64,000 bases of DNA from an uncultured Actinomycetes bacterium. GTDB taxonomy: Bacteria > Actinomycetota > Thermoleophilia > Gaiellales > JAICJC01. Each line of letters opens with the position of its first letter. The first letter of the stretch is position 1. The stretch is from NCBI GenBank assembly GCA_963843705.1, contig CAWJLQ010000006.1:9843-73842 (forward strand). The letters run 5' to 3'. The notes beneath the pieces are model-generated. The model saw only the letters and a list, made by a program, of their open reading frames with translations. It was not told the origin of the DNA and made no database searches. The position numbers and the translations under genes were made by a program. Positions 18,301-27,116 of this stretch are shown here, piece by piece.

Positions 18301-19476
18301 TCAGCCGATCGCGCGCGCCGCCGCTTCGGCCGCCGCCTGCGGCAGCGATCCCACGATCGTGTAGCGCACCCCGCCGCGGTCGAACTGGATCAGCGTCCCG
18401 AGCGCGGTGTCGAGCTCGTGCGCCCTGGCGCCGTCGATCGAGACGGTCGGGAGCGCGGTCAGCGGCGAGTGCGCCTTGGCCGCGTTCCCGGGAACCGGCT
18501 GCTCGAGCACGACGAGCGCGCCGAGGCCCTGGCCGTACACGGCCATCGCCGTCTTCGAGCCGCCGAGCTCGACCAGCCGTACGGAGTGGCGCGGCAGGCC
18601 GACGACGCTCGCCGGCGCCCGCAGCCGGAACGGCACGGCCTTCGCGACGGCGGCGGTGCCCGTGACGGCCGGCCCGTGCGTCCGCGCGGCAGCCGCCCCC
18701 GACGGGTGGGTGGGCATGTGCACCGGAACGACCTTCGTCCCGGCCGCCAGCGGCACCGCCAGGTCGGACGCCGCGACCTTGCCGAAGCTGATGTCGGTGA
18801 CGGTCAGCGAGAGCACCGGCGCGGAGTCCGTGCGGCTGTAGACGGCGAAGCGGAGCGGGACGCCGTGCGTCGCGTCCCAGGCGAGCTGCACCGAGCCGAG
18901 CAGGCCGCCGCTGTGCCGGGGCGAGACGCGCACCGTGTAGCTGGGCTGCCCGGCGATGTCGCCGGGGATCGCACCGGAGAGGTCGACGTGCTGCGAGAGC
19001 TTCGCGAGCGCCTTCCTGATGTCCGCGATGCTCGGCGCGGCATGGTGCTGGGTCGTCGCGTCGGCGGCATGGCGGTGGTGCGGCACGTTCATGGTGTACG
19101 CGGTGCCGGAGGCGACGTCGTAGAGGGTGACCTTCGACCCGTCGAACGCGATCTCGGTGTCGCCGGCCGACGACTGCAGCTCGACGCGCACCTTGCCGTC
19201 CCCGGCCCAGATGCGGCCGGTCGCGCCGGTGATCAGCGGTGAGGCCGATCCCAGCGAGCCGGACGGGATCAGGTGGTCGGAGAACTGCACCCGAGCGGTC
19301 ACGCCGTGCACGGGCTTGGCGACGGCGGCGCGTTGGAGCGCGTCGGCGAGCGAGCGGCGCGGCGGCTTGGGGCCGCTGCCGCCGGCGAAGGCGACGGCGC
19401 TTCCGGCCGCCAGGGCGATGACGGCGACAATGGCGATGAGCAGCTGCCGGGTGGAGGCTCGGCGCAGGATGTTCAT
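18301..19476 (-). CDS. LolA/RseB-like (DUF2092/DUF4367-type) membrane-anchored protein
   Basis: An N-terminal anchor (LLIAIVAVIALAAGSAVAFA) is followed by a LolA-like beta region (RIWAGDGKVRVELQSSAGDTEIAFDGSKVTLYD). The family call is moderate. Confidence 0.7.
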   Translation of the reverse strand: MNILRRASTRQLLIAIVAVIALAAGSAVAFAGGSGPKPPRRSLADALQRAAVAKPVHGVTARVQFSDHLIPSGSLGSASPLITGATGRIWAGDGKVRVELQSSAGDTEIAFDGSKVTLYDVASGTAYTMNVPHHRHAADATTQHHAAPSIADIRKALAKLSQHVDLSGAIPGDIAGQPSYTVRVSPRHSGGLLGSVQLAWDATHGVPLRFAVYSRTDSAPVLSLTVTDISFGKVAASDLAVPLAAGTKVVPVHMPTHPSGAAAARTHGPAVTGTAAVAKAVPFRLRAPASVVGLPRHSVRLVELGGSKTAMAVYGQGLGALVVLEQPVPGNAAKAHSPLTALPTVSIDGARAHELDTALGTLIQFDRGGVRYTIVGSLPQAAAEAAARAIG

Positions 19477-20867
19477 GGTGCGGCCCCTTCTGGTTCGTCT
19501 GCGGGAGTTGTATCCGCATCCCCTGAAAGGCGCGTGAGAGCGGGCAGGACGATGGCGAACCGGGGCCCGTCGATCTCGAGCCTGCCGCCGTGCCGCTCGG
19601 CCGTCGCCCGGACGAGCGCGAGGCCGAGGCCGGAGCCCGGCCGGGCGCGCGCCTCCTCGCCGCGCCAGAACCGGGTCGTCGCCGTCTCCACCTGGTCGGG
19701 CGCGATGCCGGCGCCCGTGTCTGCGACCTCCAGCCGCACCTCCCCGTCCGCGCGCGACACCGCCACCGTCACCGGCCCATCGGGTGGCCCGTGCCGGAGC
19801 CCGTTCTCGATCAGGTTGCGCACGGCCCGGGTGAGCGCCGCGGCGTCGCCGCGGACGAGGCCGGGATCCTCCACCCGGGCGGAGACCCGGCCGCCTGCGG
19901 CCGCTCCGGCGACGTCGCCCAGGCGCACCGGCTCGTCGGGCAGCCCGCCGGCATCCTCCCGCGCCAGCTGCAGCAGCTCGTCCACCAGCCGGCTCAGACG
20001 CTCGGCGTCCTCGCGCAGGTCGGCGAGCGCCTCGGCGTCGGCGCCGTGGCGGGCCAGGTACTCGGCGTTGCCCTGCAGGGCCGCGAGGGGGTTGCGCAGC
20101 TCGTGGGACGCGTCGGCGACGAAGCGGCGCTCGCGCTCCCGTGAGCGTTCGAGTGCCGCCAGCATGCGGTTCAGCGTGTCGGCCAGGCGGGCGATCTCGT
20201 CCGGCGTGCGCCGCCCGGGCAGGGCGCCGGGGAGGCGCAGCGACGGGTCGCCGCGGCGCTCGATCACCTCGGCGCCCGCGGCCAGCGCCTGCAACGGGCG
20301 CAGCGCCCGCCCGGTGAGCGCGTAGGCGATGGGGACGACGAGGAGCGCGGCGGCGAGGGCGGAGGCGATGATGAGTGTGCGCGACTCCCGCAGGGTGGCG
20401 TCGATCTCGGCCGTGCTCGAGGCCACGACGACCGCGCCGCCGGCGGCCGGGCCGCCGAGCCGGGCCAGGGGAGCGGCGTAGAGCCTCGTGTCCTGGCCGG
20501 CGATCGTGGCCTGCCCGTAGCCGCTGTGGCCGTCGTGGATCGCCCGGTGGACGAGCGGTCCGAGCGGGAGCGTCGCGCCGGCCAGGCGGCGGCCGTGTGC
20601 GTCGACCACCTCGACGTCCAGCCGCCGTGCCTCGACCGACGACTCGAGGACGGTCGGTGAGGTCAGGAGGGCGGGCGCCGTCGCCGCGAGCTGGGACACC
20701 TGGGCCGCACGGTCGCGCAGCGTGCGGTCGAGCGACTGGTGCAGGTGGCGGGAGAGCAGCACCTGCACGGCCGCGCCCAGGACGACCACGGCGATCACGA
20801 CGGCGATCGCGGCCGCGGCGACCACGCGCGTCCGCAGGCGGGGGGCGCGGCCCGGCACGGCGCTCAC
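19473..20867 (-). CDS. Sensor histidine kinase
   Basis: Two TM segments and a HAMP region. H-box is FVADASHELRNPL and the HATPase_c motifs are NLIENGLRHG, DTGAGI and GSGLGLALV. GTG 20867 forms a GTGA overlap with the response-regulator stop. Confidence 0.9.
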   Translation of the reverse strand: MSAVPGRAPRLRTRVVAAAAIAVVIAVVVLGAAVQVLLSRHLHQSLDRTLRDRAAQVSQLAATAPALLTSPTVLESSVEARRLDVEVVDAHGRRLAGATLPLGPLVHRAIHDGHSGYGQATIAGQDTRLYAAPLARLGGPAAGGAVVVASSTAEIDATLRESRTLIIASALAAALLVVPIAYALTGRALRPLQALAAGAEVIERRGDPSLRLPGALPGRRTPDEIARLADTLNRMLAALERSRERERRFVADASHELRNPLAALQGNAEYLARHGADAEALADLREDAERLSRLVDELLQLAREDAGGLPDEPVRLGDVAGAAAGGRVSARVEDPGLVRGDAAALTRAVRNLIENGLRHGPPDGPVTVAVSRADGEVRLEVADTGAGIAPDQVETATTRFWRGEEARARPGSGLGLALVRATAERHGGRLEIDGPRFAIVLPALTRLSGDADTTPADEPEGAAP

Positions 20868-21520
20868 CGGCGCAGCACGAAGCCGGCGCCGCGCACCGTG
20901 TGGATCAGCGGCGGCGGGCCGAGCTTGCGGCGCAGGTAGGCGACGTAGCGGTCGACGACGTTCTCGGTCGAGGCCGCCCCGTCGCTCCAGACGCTGGTCA
21001 TCGCCGTCCGCCGCGAGACGACCCGGCCGGGGTGGCGCATCAGCAGCTCGAGCAGCGCGCACTCGCGCTGCGTCAGCTCGATCGTGCGCCCGGCGCGGAC
21101 GGCCACGCGCGCATCGACATCGAGCGTCACGTCCGCGAACGCCAGCGCGGGCGGCCCCAGCCCGCGCCGCAGGAGCGCACGGATGCGGGCGAGCAGCTCC
21201 TCCGTCGCGAAGGGCTTCACGAGGTAGTCGTCGGCGCCGGCGTCGAGCCCGGTGACGCGGTCGGAGACGCCGTCGCGGGCCGTCAGCATCAGGATCGGCA
21301 CGGCAACGCCCTTGGCCCGCAGCCGGCGGGCGACGGCAGGGCCGTCCATGCCCGGCATGATCGCGTCGAGCAGGATCGCGTCCGGCGGGTCGCGCTCCAC
21401 CGCCGCCAGCGCGCCGCCGCCGTCGGGCGCGAGCTCGGTCTCGTACCCCTCGGCGCCGAGCGTCCGCGCCAGCGTCCGCCGCACGGGTCCGTCGTCGTCA
21501 ACGATCAGCACCTTGGCCAT
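20864..21520 (-). CDS. OmpR-family response regulator
   Basis: Receiver domain MAKVLIVDDD...DAILLDAIMPGMDG...LMLTA...KPF, then a winged-helix output domain (LTQRECALLELLMRHPGRVVSR...VRGAGFVL). Confidence 0.95.
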   Translation of the reverse strand: MAKVLIVDDDGPVRRTLARTLGAEGYETELAPDGGGALAAVERDPPDAILLDAIMPGMDGPAVARRLRAKGVAVPILMLTARDGVSDRVTGLDAGADDYLVKPFATEELLARIRALLRRGLGPPALAFADVTLDVDARVAVRAGRTIELTQRECALLELLMRHPGRVVSRRTAMTSVWSDGAASTENVVDRYVAYLRRKLGPPPLIHTVRGAGFVLRR

Positions 21521-21574
21521 CGATCCTCGCCCGCAGAGTACGACCTGCGCGGTCCGGTCGCATACCATCGTCCA

Positions 21575-22750
21575 ATGGACGACCGGCTGCCGTTCACCGT
21601 CGAGGAGTACCGCGACCGCGCCGCGCGGGTGCGCCGGCGCATGGCCGAGCGCGGCGTGGACGTGCTCGTGGTGACCAGCCCGCCGAACCTCTACTACCTG
21701 ACCGGGTTCGAGTCGATCTGGTACCCGCCCCGTGCGCCGGTCGCCGTGGCCGTCTCCGCGGCCGACGACCGGCTCGTCTTCCTCGACTACGAGCGCCACG
21801 AGACGCTCGTCCGCGAGACCGCGCACTACGACGATGCCGTCTTCTACCGCTACGAGGACGTGCTGGACGCGATCGCCGCGGCCTTCCGCGAGCGCGGCTG
21901 GCTGGGCGGCTCGATCGGCCTGGAGCGCTGGTCGCAGGCGCCGGGCGCGCCGCTCGTGGAGGCGCTCGCGCGGCGGCTGCGCGACGGCGGCGGGGAGGTC
22001 GTCGACGGCGACTGGATCGTCGACCGGGTGCGGCTGGTGAAGTCGCCCGCCGAGCTCGCGTGCGTGCGCCGTGCCGCCGCGATCGTCGACGCCGGCTTCG
22101 CCGATCTGGTCGAGCACGTGCGACCGGGGCAGACGGAGCTCCAGATCGGCGCACGGCTCGACTCGGTGATGGCCGACCACGGCGGCGAGGCGGCGGCGAT
22201 CCGCACGATGGTGTCGGCCGGCCCCGGCGTGTGGTGCCGGACGCACGCCCCGCCGTCGCGGCGGCCGGTCGAGGCCGGAGACGTCATGTACGTCGACGCA
22301 TGCGGCGTCTACAACCGCTACCACGTGGACGTCTGCCGCACGTTCGCGATCGGCCGCGACCATCGCGAGGCGCGCGCGATCCTCGACGTCACCGCCGGCA
22401 GCGTCGACGCCGTCCGGGCGGCGGTGCGGGTCGGCGACCCGCTCGACGTCGCCCAGCGCGCCGCCGAGGAGCACGTCTTCGCCCGCTTCCCACGCGAGCA
22501 GGTGTGGTGGGTGGGCGGCTACGCGCTCGGGATCGCCATGCCGCCGAACTGGGTCGGGCACACCTACCTCGCCAACGACGCCTTCGAGCAGTTCACCTGG
22601 GAGCCCGGATACGTGACGAACTACGAGAACGTGCTCTTCGACCGTGAGGCCGGCTACACCGCCAGCTACATGGAGACGCTGCTCATGACCGAGAGCGGGA
22701 TCGAGGTGCTGTCCAAGCGGCCGCGCACGCTGACCGTGGTCGCGGGCTGA
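21575..22750 (+). CDS. M24 family metallopeptidase (Xaa-Pro peptidase/creatinase-like)
   Basis: A creatinase-like N-domain (VDVLVVTSPPNLYYLTGF) is followed by a pita-bread domain (VKSPAELACVRRAAAI..., GDVMYVDACGVYNRYHVDVCRTFAIG). Confidence 0.9.
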   Translation: MDDRLPFTVEEYRDRAARVRRRMAERGVDVLVVTSPPNLYYLTGFESIWYPPRAPVAVAVSAADDRLVFLDYERHETLVRETAHYDDAVFYRYEDVLDAIAAAFRERGWLGGSIGLERWSQAPGAPLVEALARRLRDGGGEVVDGDWIVDRVRLVKSPAELACVRRAAAIVDAGFADLVEHVRPGQTELQIGARLDSVMADHGGEAAAIRTMVSAGPGVWCRTHAPPSRRPVEAGDVMYVDACGVYNRYHVDVCRTFAIGRDHREARAILDVTAGSVDAVRAAVRVGDPLDVAQRAAEEHVFARFPREQVWWVGGYALGIAMPPNWVGHTYLANDAFEQFTWEPGYVTNYENVLFDREAGYTASYMETLLMTESGIEVLSKRPRTLTVVAG

Positions 22751-22773
22751 CCGCCGGGATAGACTCGGGGGCG

Positions 22774-23670
22774 TTGGATCGACCCTCCGAGGGAGCGCCT
22801 GCGGTGATCGGAAACGACGAGATCGCGCTTCCAAACACACAGGTTCACTATCTGCCGTCGGCGCATGTCGGGGACGAGTTTCGGATCGTCGTCGGCGGCT
22901 GCGAAGGTGCTCCCGCCGGGGTCGGCGTCCTGGTAGTGACGGATGCGTTCTTCAACTTCGGGACGGCACTTGAGACGGTGCGGCTGCTGGCGATGGCCGA
23001 GCACATCAAGCCGCTGCTGGTGGTCGGAGTCGGTTATCGGCCGGCGACGGTCGCGGATACGACGCGGCTGCGGGGGCGGGATTTCAGCCCGGTGGCCGAC
23101 CCGCGTGGGGCGGAGGGCAATCCGGCGATGATGCATGGCGCGGACCAGTTCGCGAGGTTCCTCGAGGAGGAGTTGAAGCCGTGGATCCTTGGCCGCTTCG
23201 ACGTGGCCCGAGACGAATTCGGCGTGTACGGCTACTCGCTGGGCGGCTTGTTCGCGACCCACCTCTTGCTGACCCGGCCGTCCGCATTCCAGCGCTACGC
23301 GATCGGCAGCCCCTCGTACTGGTACGGACCGAAGGTGATCTTCGAGACCGAGGCGAGCTATGCGAGCACCCACGCCGACCTGCCGGCCAAGGTGTACGTG
23401 TCGATCGGAGAGTACGAGAACCCGGCTGGAGACGATCGCCACCGCGAGCAGATGACTCCGGAGGCGCGAGAAGCGTCGCTTCGCGCTGAGGCCGAGTTCC
23501 CCATGGAAGACGAGGTCGCCTACGCCCGCGACCTGGTGGACCGGCTGCGGAGCCGCGGCTACCCGAGTGTCGACATCGCGTTCGAGGTGCTTCGGGGCGA
23601 GTACCACCCGACCGCGCCGCCCGTCACCATCTCGCGCGCGGTGCGCCACCTCTACGACGCGCCAAACTAG
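22774..23670 (+). CDS. Alpha/beta hydrolase, putative esterase family (enterochelin-esterase/IroE-like)
   Basis: Nucleophile elbow VYGYSLGG; the layout is typical of the PF00756-type esterase family. Confidence 0.8.
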   Translation: MDRPSEGAPAVIGNDEIALPNTQVHYLPSAHVGDEFRIVVGGCEGAPAGVGVLVVTDAFFNFGTALETVRLLAMAEHIKPLLVVGVGYRPATVADTTRLRGRDFSPVADPRGAEGNPAMMHGADQFARFLEEELKPWILGRFDVARDEFGVYGYSLGGLFATHLLLTRPSAFQRYAIGSPSYWYGPKVIFETEASYASTHADLPAKVYVSIGEYENPAGDDRHREQMTPEAREASLRAEAEFPMEDEVAYARDLVDRLRSRGYPSVDIAFEVLRGEYHPTAPPVTISRAVRHLYDAPN

Positions 23671-23911
23671 CGCGCGAATTCGTTCGAGCCGCGACGGCTC
23701 GGCAAGTCCGTCGCCCACCGGCCGTGGGCGAACCGGTCGAGCATGCCGCCGGTCATCATGCACGTATCGACGACGCTGCCGGTGCTCGTGCGGTAGCGGC
23801 AGTCGAACATCGTCAGGCGTCTGTACGGCGCACCGATGACTTCTCGGCGAGCGCGGCGTCCAATCCACGAGCGCACGCCATCCCCGACGCCCCGAGACCA
23901 AGGAGTCCCAT

Positions 23912-24484
23912 ATGCGGAAGCTGATCGCGCTGGTGTTCCACTACTCGCTCAACGGCCTGCTCGCCGACGAGGGCACCGAGTACTTCCGGTTCTGCTTCGA
24001 ACTCCTGGACCAGGGTGGCGGCGCGAGCCAGGACGACGAGTCGCTCGACTTCCTCAGCGGCGCCCACGCGCACGTCATGGGCCGCACCGCGTACGAGGGC
24101 ATGGCGAAGGGCCTGCCGGCGAACCCCGACCATCCCTGGTCGGACATCATGAACGCCGGGCGCAAGGTCGTCTTCTCCCGCACGATGCAGACGGCCGACT
24201 GGGCCAACACCACCATCGCCTCCGGGGACACCGTGGAGGAGGTCGACAGGCTCAGGCAGGGCGGAGACGGCCACATCGTGGTCTGGGGCGGCGTCGGCCT
24301 CTGGCGGTCGCTCATGCACCTCGACCTGATCGACGAGTGGCACCTCGGCCTGCACCCCTGGATCGCGGACGAGGGCACCCGGCTGTTCGAGGATGTCCCT
24401 CCGTCGTACCGGCTCGACCTCATCTCCAGCACCCCCTTCGCGCAGACCGGAATCCTCGAGCTGCAGTACCGGCGGCACCGCTGA
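23912..24484 (+). CDS. Dihydrofolate-reductase-like RibD C-terminal family protein
   Basis: Motifs HVMGRTAYEGM..., VVFSRT, IVVWGGVGLWRSLMHLDLIDEWHLGLHPWIADEGTRLF. ATG is preceded by AAGGAG. Confidence 0.85.
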   Translation: MRKLIALVFHYSLNGLLADEGTEYFRFCFELLDQGGGASQDDESLDFLSGAHAHVMGRTAYEGMAKGLPANPDHPWSDIMNAGRKVVFSRTMQTADWANTTIASGDTVEEVDRLRQGGDGHIVVWGGVGLWRSLMHLDLIDEWHLGLHPWIADEGTRLFEDVPPSYRLDLISSTPFAQTGILELQYRRHR

Positions 24485-24508
24485 CCCCGCCGCCGAGCCC
24501 CGGGTCGC

Positions 24509-24871
24509 TCAGATGAAGGGGCCCTTCATCGTGCGCGCGTTGCCCGCTTCCAGGTGTGCCCGGTCGCGGAGCACGGCCTCGAACGCGTCCGGCTCGTCGG
24601 GGGTGACGATGGGGCTGACCGTGCCTCCGAGGTCGACGACGAACCCGGCCGTCTTCCTCGGTCGCGCCGGGTCGAGGTTGGCCCAGTAGCGGGGGTTGCC
24701 CGTTCCCCAGATGCGCCATCTGCCGGACAGGACGCCCGTGATCTCGAAGCGCTGGAGGCCCTTGATCCGGGCGTAGGGGACGCTCTTCGTCCCGAACGGG
24801 AAGTAGTAGCGGTGGATCTCCAGCCGGTCGGGGGTGCACACGATCGTGCCGTCGTCGTAGGCGTCAGCCAT
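24509..24871 (-). CDS. Hypothetical protein (possible bacterial PH-like domain)
   Basis: 120 aa with ordinary composition (MADAYDDGTIVCTPDRLEIHRYYFPFGTKSVPYARIKGLQRFEITG...). The family is not certain. Confidence 0.6.
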   Translation of the reverse strand: MADAYDDGTIVCTPDRLEIHRYYFPFGTKSVPYARIKGLQRFEITGVLSGRWRIWGTGNPRYWANLDPARPRKTAGFVVDLGGTVSPIVTPDEPDAFEAVLRDRAHLEAGNARTMKGPFI

Positions 24872-24929
24872 GTTCCGAATGGTACGTCCGAGTGGCGGTC
24901 GTCGGAGCGCGATCCTCTAGGCTGCGGCC

Positions 24930-25349
24930 GTGCCTGCGCCCAGCATCCCCAGGGCGATCCGGGAGTTCCTCGCCCGGCCGAACATCGCCGTCGTCTCGAC
25001 CGTGATGCCGAGCGGGTCGCCGCACACCGCCGCCACCTGGTACGACTGGGACGACGGCCGCGTGCTCCTGAACATGGACGAGTCGCGCCGCCGGCTCGAG
25101 TACATGCGCCTGAACCCGCGCGTCGCCCTGACCGCGATGGAGGAGGGCAACTGGAGCAAGCAGGTGAGCGTGATGGGGCGCGTCGTCTCGATCGAGCCCG
25201 ACGGCGACCTGCGCGACATCGACCGGCTGGCGTTGCGCTACACCGGCGAGCCGTTCCACAGCCGCACGCAGCGGCGCTGGAGCGCCTGGGTCGAGGTCGA
25301 CCGCTGGTACGGGTGGGACGGGGCGAGCGCCTGGCCCGAGGGGCGGTAG
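24930..25349 (+). CDS. PPOX-class (pyridoxamine 5-phosphate oxidase-like) FMN/F420-binding protein
   Basis: NIAVVSTVMPSGSPHTAATWYDWDDGRVLLNM...RLEYMRLNPRVALT shows the split-barrel pattern. Confidence 0.85.
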   Translation: MPAPSIPRAIREFLARPNIAVVSTVMPSGSPHTAATWYDWDDGRVLLNMDESRRRLEYMRLNPRVALTAMEEGNWSKQVSVMGRVVSIEPDGDLRDIDRLALRYTGEPFHSRTQRRWSAWVEVDRWYGWDGASAWPEGR

Positions 25350-25441
25350 CCGTCGGGCTCTTCGTCGGGGAGCGGCGGCCACCGTTTCTGATCGTACTCC
25401 GATAGAGTTCGCACGACGATGGGCGTGATCGCCGCACTGTC

Positions 25442-26443
25442 GTGACGCGCCGCGGGCCGGTGCCGCCGGAAGGCGCCTTCGCCGTCGTGATGGCGACGTC
25501 GGTCGTCGCGCGTGCCGTCCACGCGTCGCTGCCCGGCGTCGCGCGCGGGCTCGTCTGGGCGAGCGCGGCGACGTTCGCGGCCCTCGCGATGCTCCTCCTC
25601 GCGACCCGGCCGCGGCGCAGCGGCTGGTGGGACGCAGCCACGTTTGCGGCCGCTGCCGCCGCAACCGGTGCCGGCCTCGCAGCCGACGGCTGGAGGACGC
25701 CTGGGCTCGCGCTCGCGGGGGCGGCCATCGCCGGCTGGGCGTGCCTGCTGGCGTTGCCCGCGCCGTGGCGAGGCGGCGGCCGCGCCGACGCCGCGTCGGG
25801 CCGGCGCTTGCTCGCGGTTGTCGCCACCCAGTCGGCCGTGCTCGCCGCCGTCGCGCTGGCCCGTTCATGGCACACGTCCGCGCTCGCCGGTGTCGCGGTG
25901 GCGATCTGGATCGCCGGCATCGCCGTGTACGCCGCCATGATCGCGCCGGTCGCCCGAGGGCTCGCCGCCCGCGCCCGGATCGCCGAGTTCCGCGCGGACG
26001 ACTGGATCGCGATGGGCGCGCTGGCGATCTCGGCGCTCGCGGCCGCCGAGCTCCTGCGCATGCCCGGCGTGCCGCTGCACGCGGCGGTCAGGGCCGCCGG
26101 GATCGTGCTCTGGTGCGGCGCGTGGCTGTGGGTGCCGACCCTCGTGCGCCTCGACGTGCGTGCGGCCGCGGCGGCACGCCGCCGGTGGCCCGGCGCGGAT
26201 CGCTGGAGCATGGTGTTCCCGCTCGGCATGCTGTGCGCGGCGTCGCAGGCGCTCGGGTCGGCGGGGTCACTGCCGGGCTTCACCCGTCTCGGCCGCGACG
26301 CGGCCTGGATCGCGCTCGCGGCCTGGGCGGTCGCCGCCGCCGGCGTCCTCGCCGGACAGGGGGCGCGGCGGCATGCGCCACCAGGACGCACCCCGGAGCC
26401 GGCGGCAGGCATCGCGGCCCCGCCACCGTCTCGGCGGGGCTGA
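25442..26443 (+). CDS. TehA/TDT (SLAC1-like) family membrane transporter
   Basis: About 10 hydrophobic helices. The overall pattern resembles tellurite-resistance/dicarboxylate transporter family proteins. Confidence in the family is moderate. Confidence 0.65.
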   Translation: MTRRGPVPPEGAFAVVMATSVVARAVHASLPGVARGLVWASAATFAALAMLLLATRPRRSGWWDAATFAAAAAATGAGLAADGWRTPGLALAGAAIAGWACLLALPAPWRGGGRADAASGRRLLAVVATQSAVLAAVALARSWHTSALAGVAVAIWIAGIAVYAAMIAPVARGLAARARIAEFRADDWIAMGALAISALAAAELLRMPGVPLHAAVRAAGIVLWCGAWLWVPTLVRLDVRAAAAARRRWPGADRWSMVFPLGMLCAASQALGSAGSLPGFTRLGRDAAWIALAAWAVAAAGVLAGQGARRHAPPGRTPEPAAGIAAPPPSRRG

Positions 26444-26467
26444 CGATCCGCCGCTCCGGCGACGACC

Positions 26468-27001
26468 TCAGCCGCCGGAGTAGTACGGGCTGCGCAGCGA
26501 GTCGCGGCGCTCGACGAGGGCGCGCGCCGCGCCGGGCTCGCGCCCGGCGACCGCCATCCCCACGGCCGTGCGTCCCGCCCGCCGCGCCGCCTCGCGCACC
26601 GCCGTCTCGTCGGTCGCACCCGGGTCGATCCACACCGCGAAGAACACGATCGTGTCGTCGGTCGGCTCGAGCAGGCCGTCGGCGACCGCGTCCAGCACGC
26701 CCTGGCCGAGGCCGAGCTGGGTGGCGCCGTAGGTGATCTTCGCGTGGCGGTCGCCGGACAGCGTGGACTTGTTCATCATGAGCGTCGGCGGCCAGATGGG
26801 CTCGTAGCTGTCCTTGTCCTCGCCGACGCAGATCAGGATCGGGCTGTGCCCCTGGCGCGGCGTCGTCATCGCCGTCATGAGCGCGGCGGCCGTCGGGCCG
26901 CCGCGGCGGGCGAGGACGACGTTCACGTGGCAGCCGTCCGGGTCGACGCCCGACCAGCCCTCGCCGATCGCTCCGTCGATCTCGCGCTCGCTCGTGCTCA
27001 T
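26468..27001 (-). CDS. fae: Formaldehyde-activating enzyme (Fae) family protein
   Basis: From ATG 27001: IGEGWSGVDPDGCHVNVVLARRGGPTAAALMTAMTTPRQGHSPILICVGE...TLMMNKSTL...YGATQLGLGQGVLDAVADGLL...FFAVWIDP. This aligns position by position with the Fae pattern ([26 protein letters not shown]...FGPAQ.GVA.AV.DAVAEG...). Confidence 0.8.
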   Translation of the reverse strand: MSTSEREIDGAIGEGWSGVDPDGCHVNVVLARRGGPTAAALMTAMTTPRQGHSPILICVGEDKDSYEPIWPPTLMMNKSTLSGDRHAKITYGATQLGLGQGVLDAVADGLLEPTDDTIVFFAVWIDPGATDETAVREAARRAGRTAVGMAVAGREPGAARALVERRDSLRSPYYSGG

Positions 27002-27116
27002 TCGGTGACTCCTTGGCGGTCGGATTTCGGGCGCGCGCCGGGGTCGTCGGGCGGCGGGCACGCTGGTAGGCTAGATCGAGAACCTGTCAAGAAGGGCCAC
27101 GGGGAGGTTGGTGCAC

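Noticed and set aside
22774-23670. An apparent GC dip over the esterase gene, suggesting horizontal acquisition.
   Set aside because: Hand counts of adjacent 60-nt lines were inconsistent (34/60 G+C in one, 43/60 in the next). No mobility genes or repeats flank it. A proper windowed GC and codon analysis would be needed.
23667-23876. A 69-aa minus-strand ORF between the esterase and the RibD_C-like gene.
   Set aside because: It has no RBS, no recognisable family and an Arg-rich N-terminus. The inner part (FDCRYRTSTGSVVDTCMMTGGMLDRFAHG) might be a remnant of a larger gene, but I cannot support a call.
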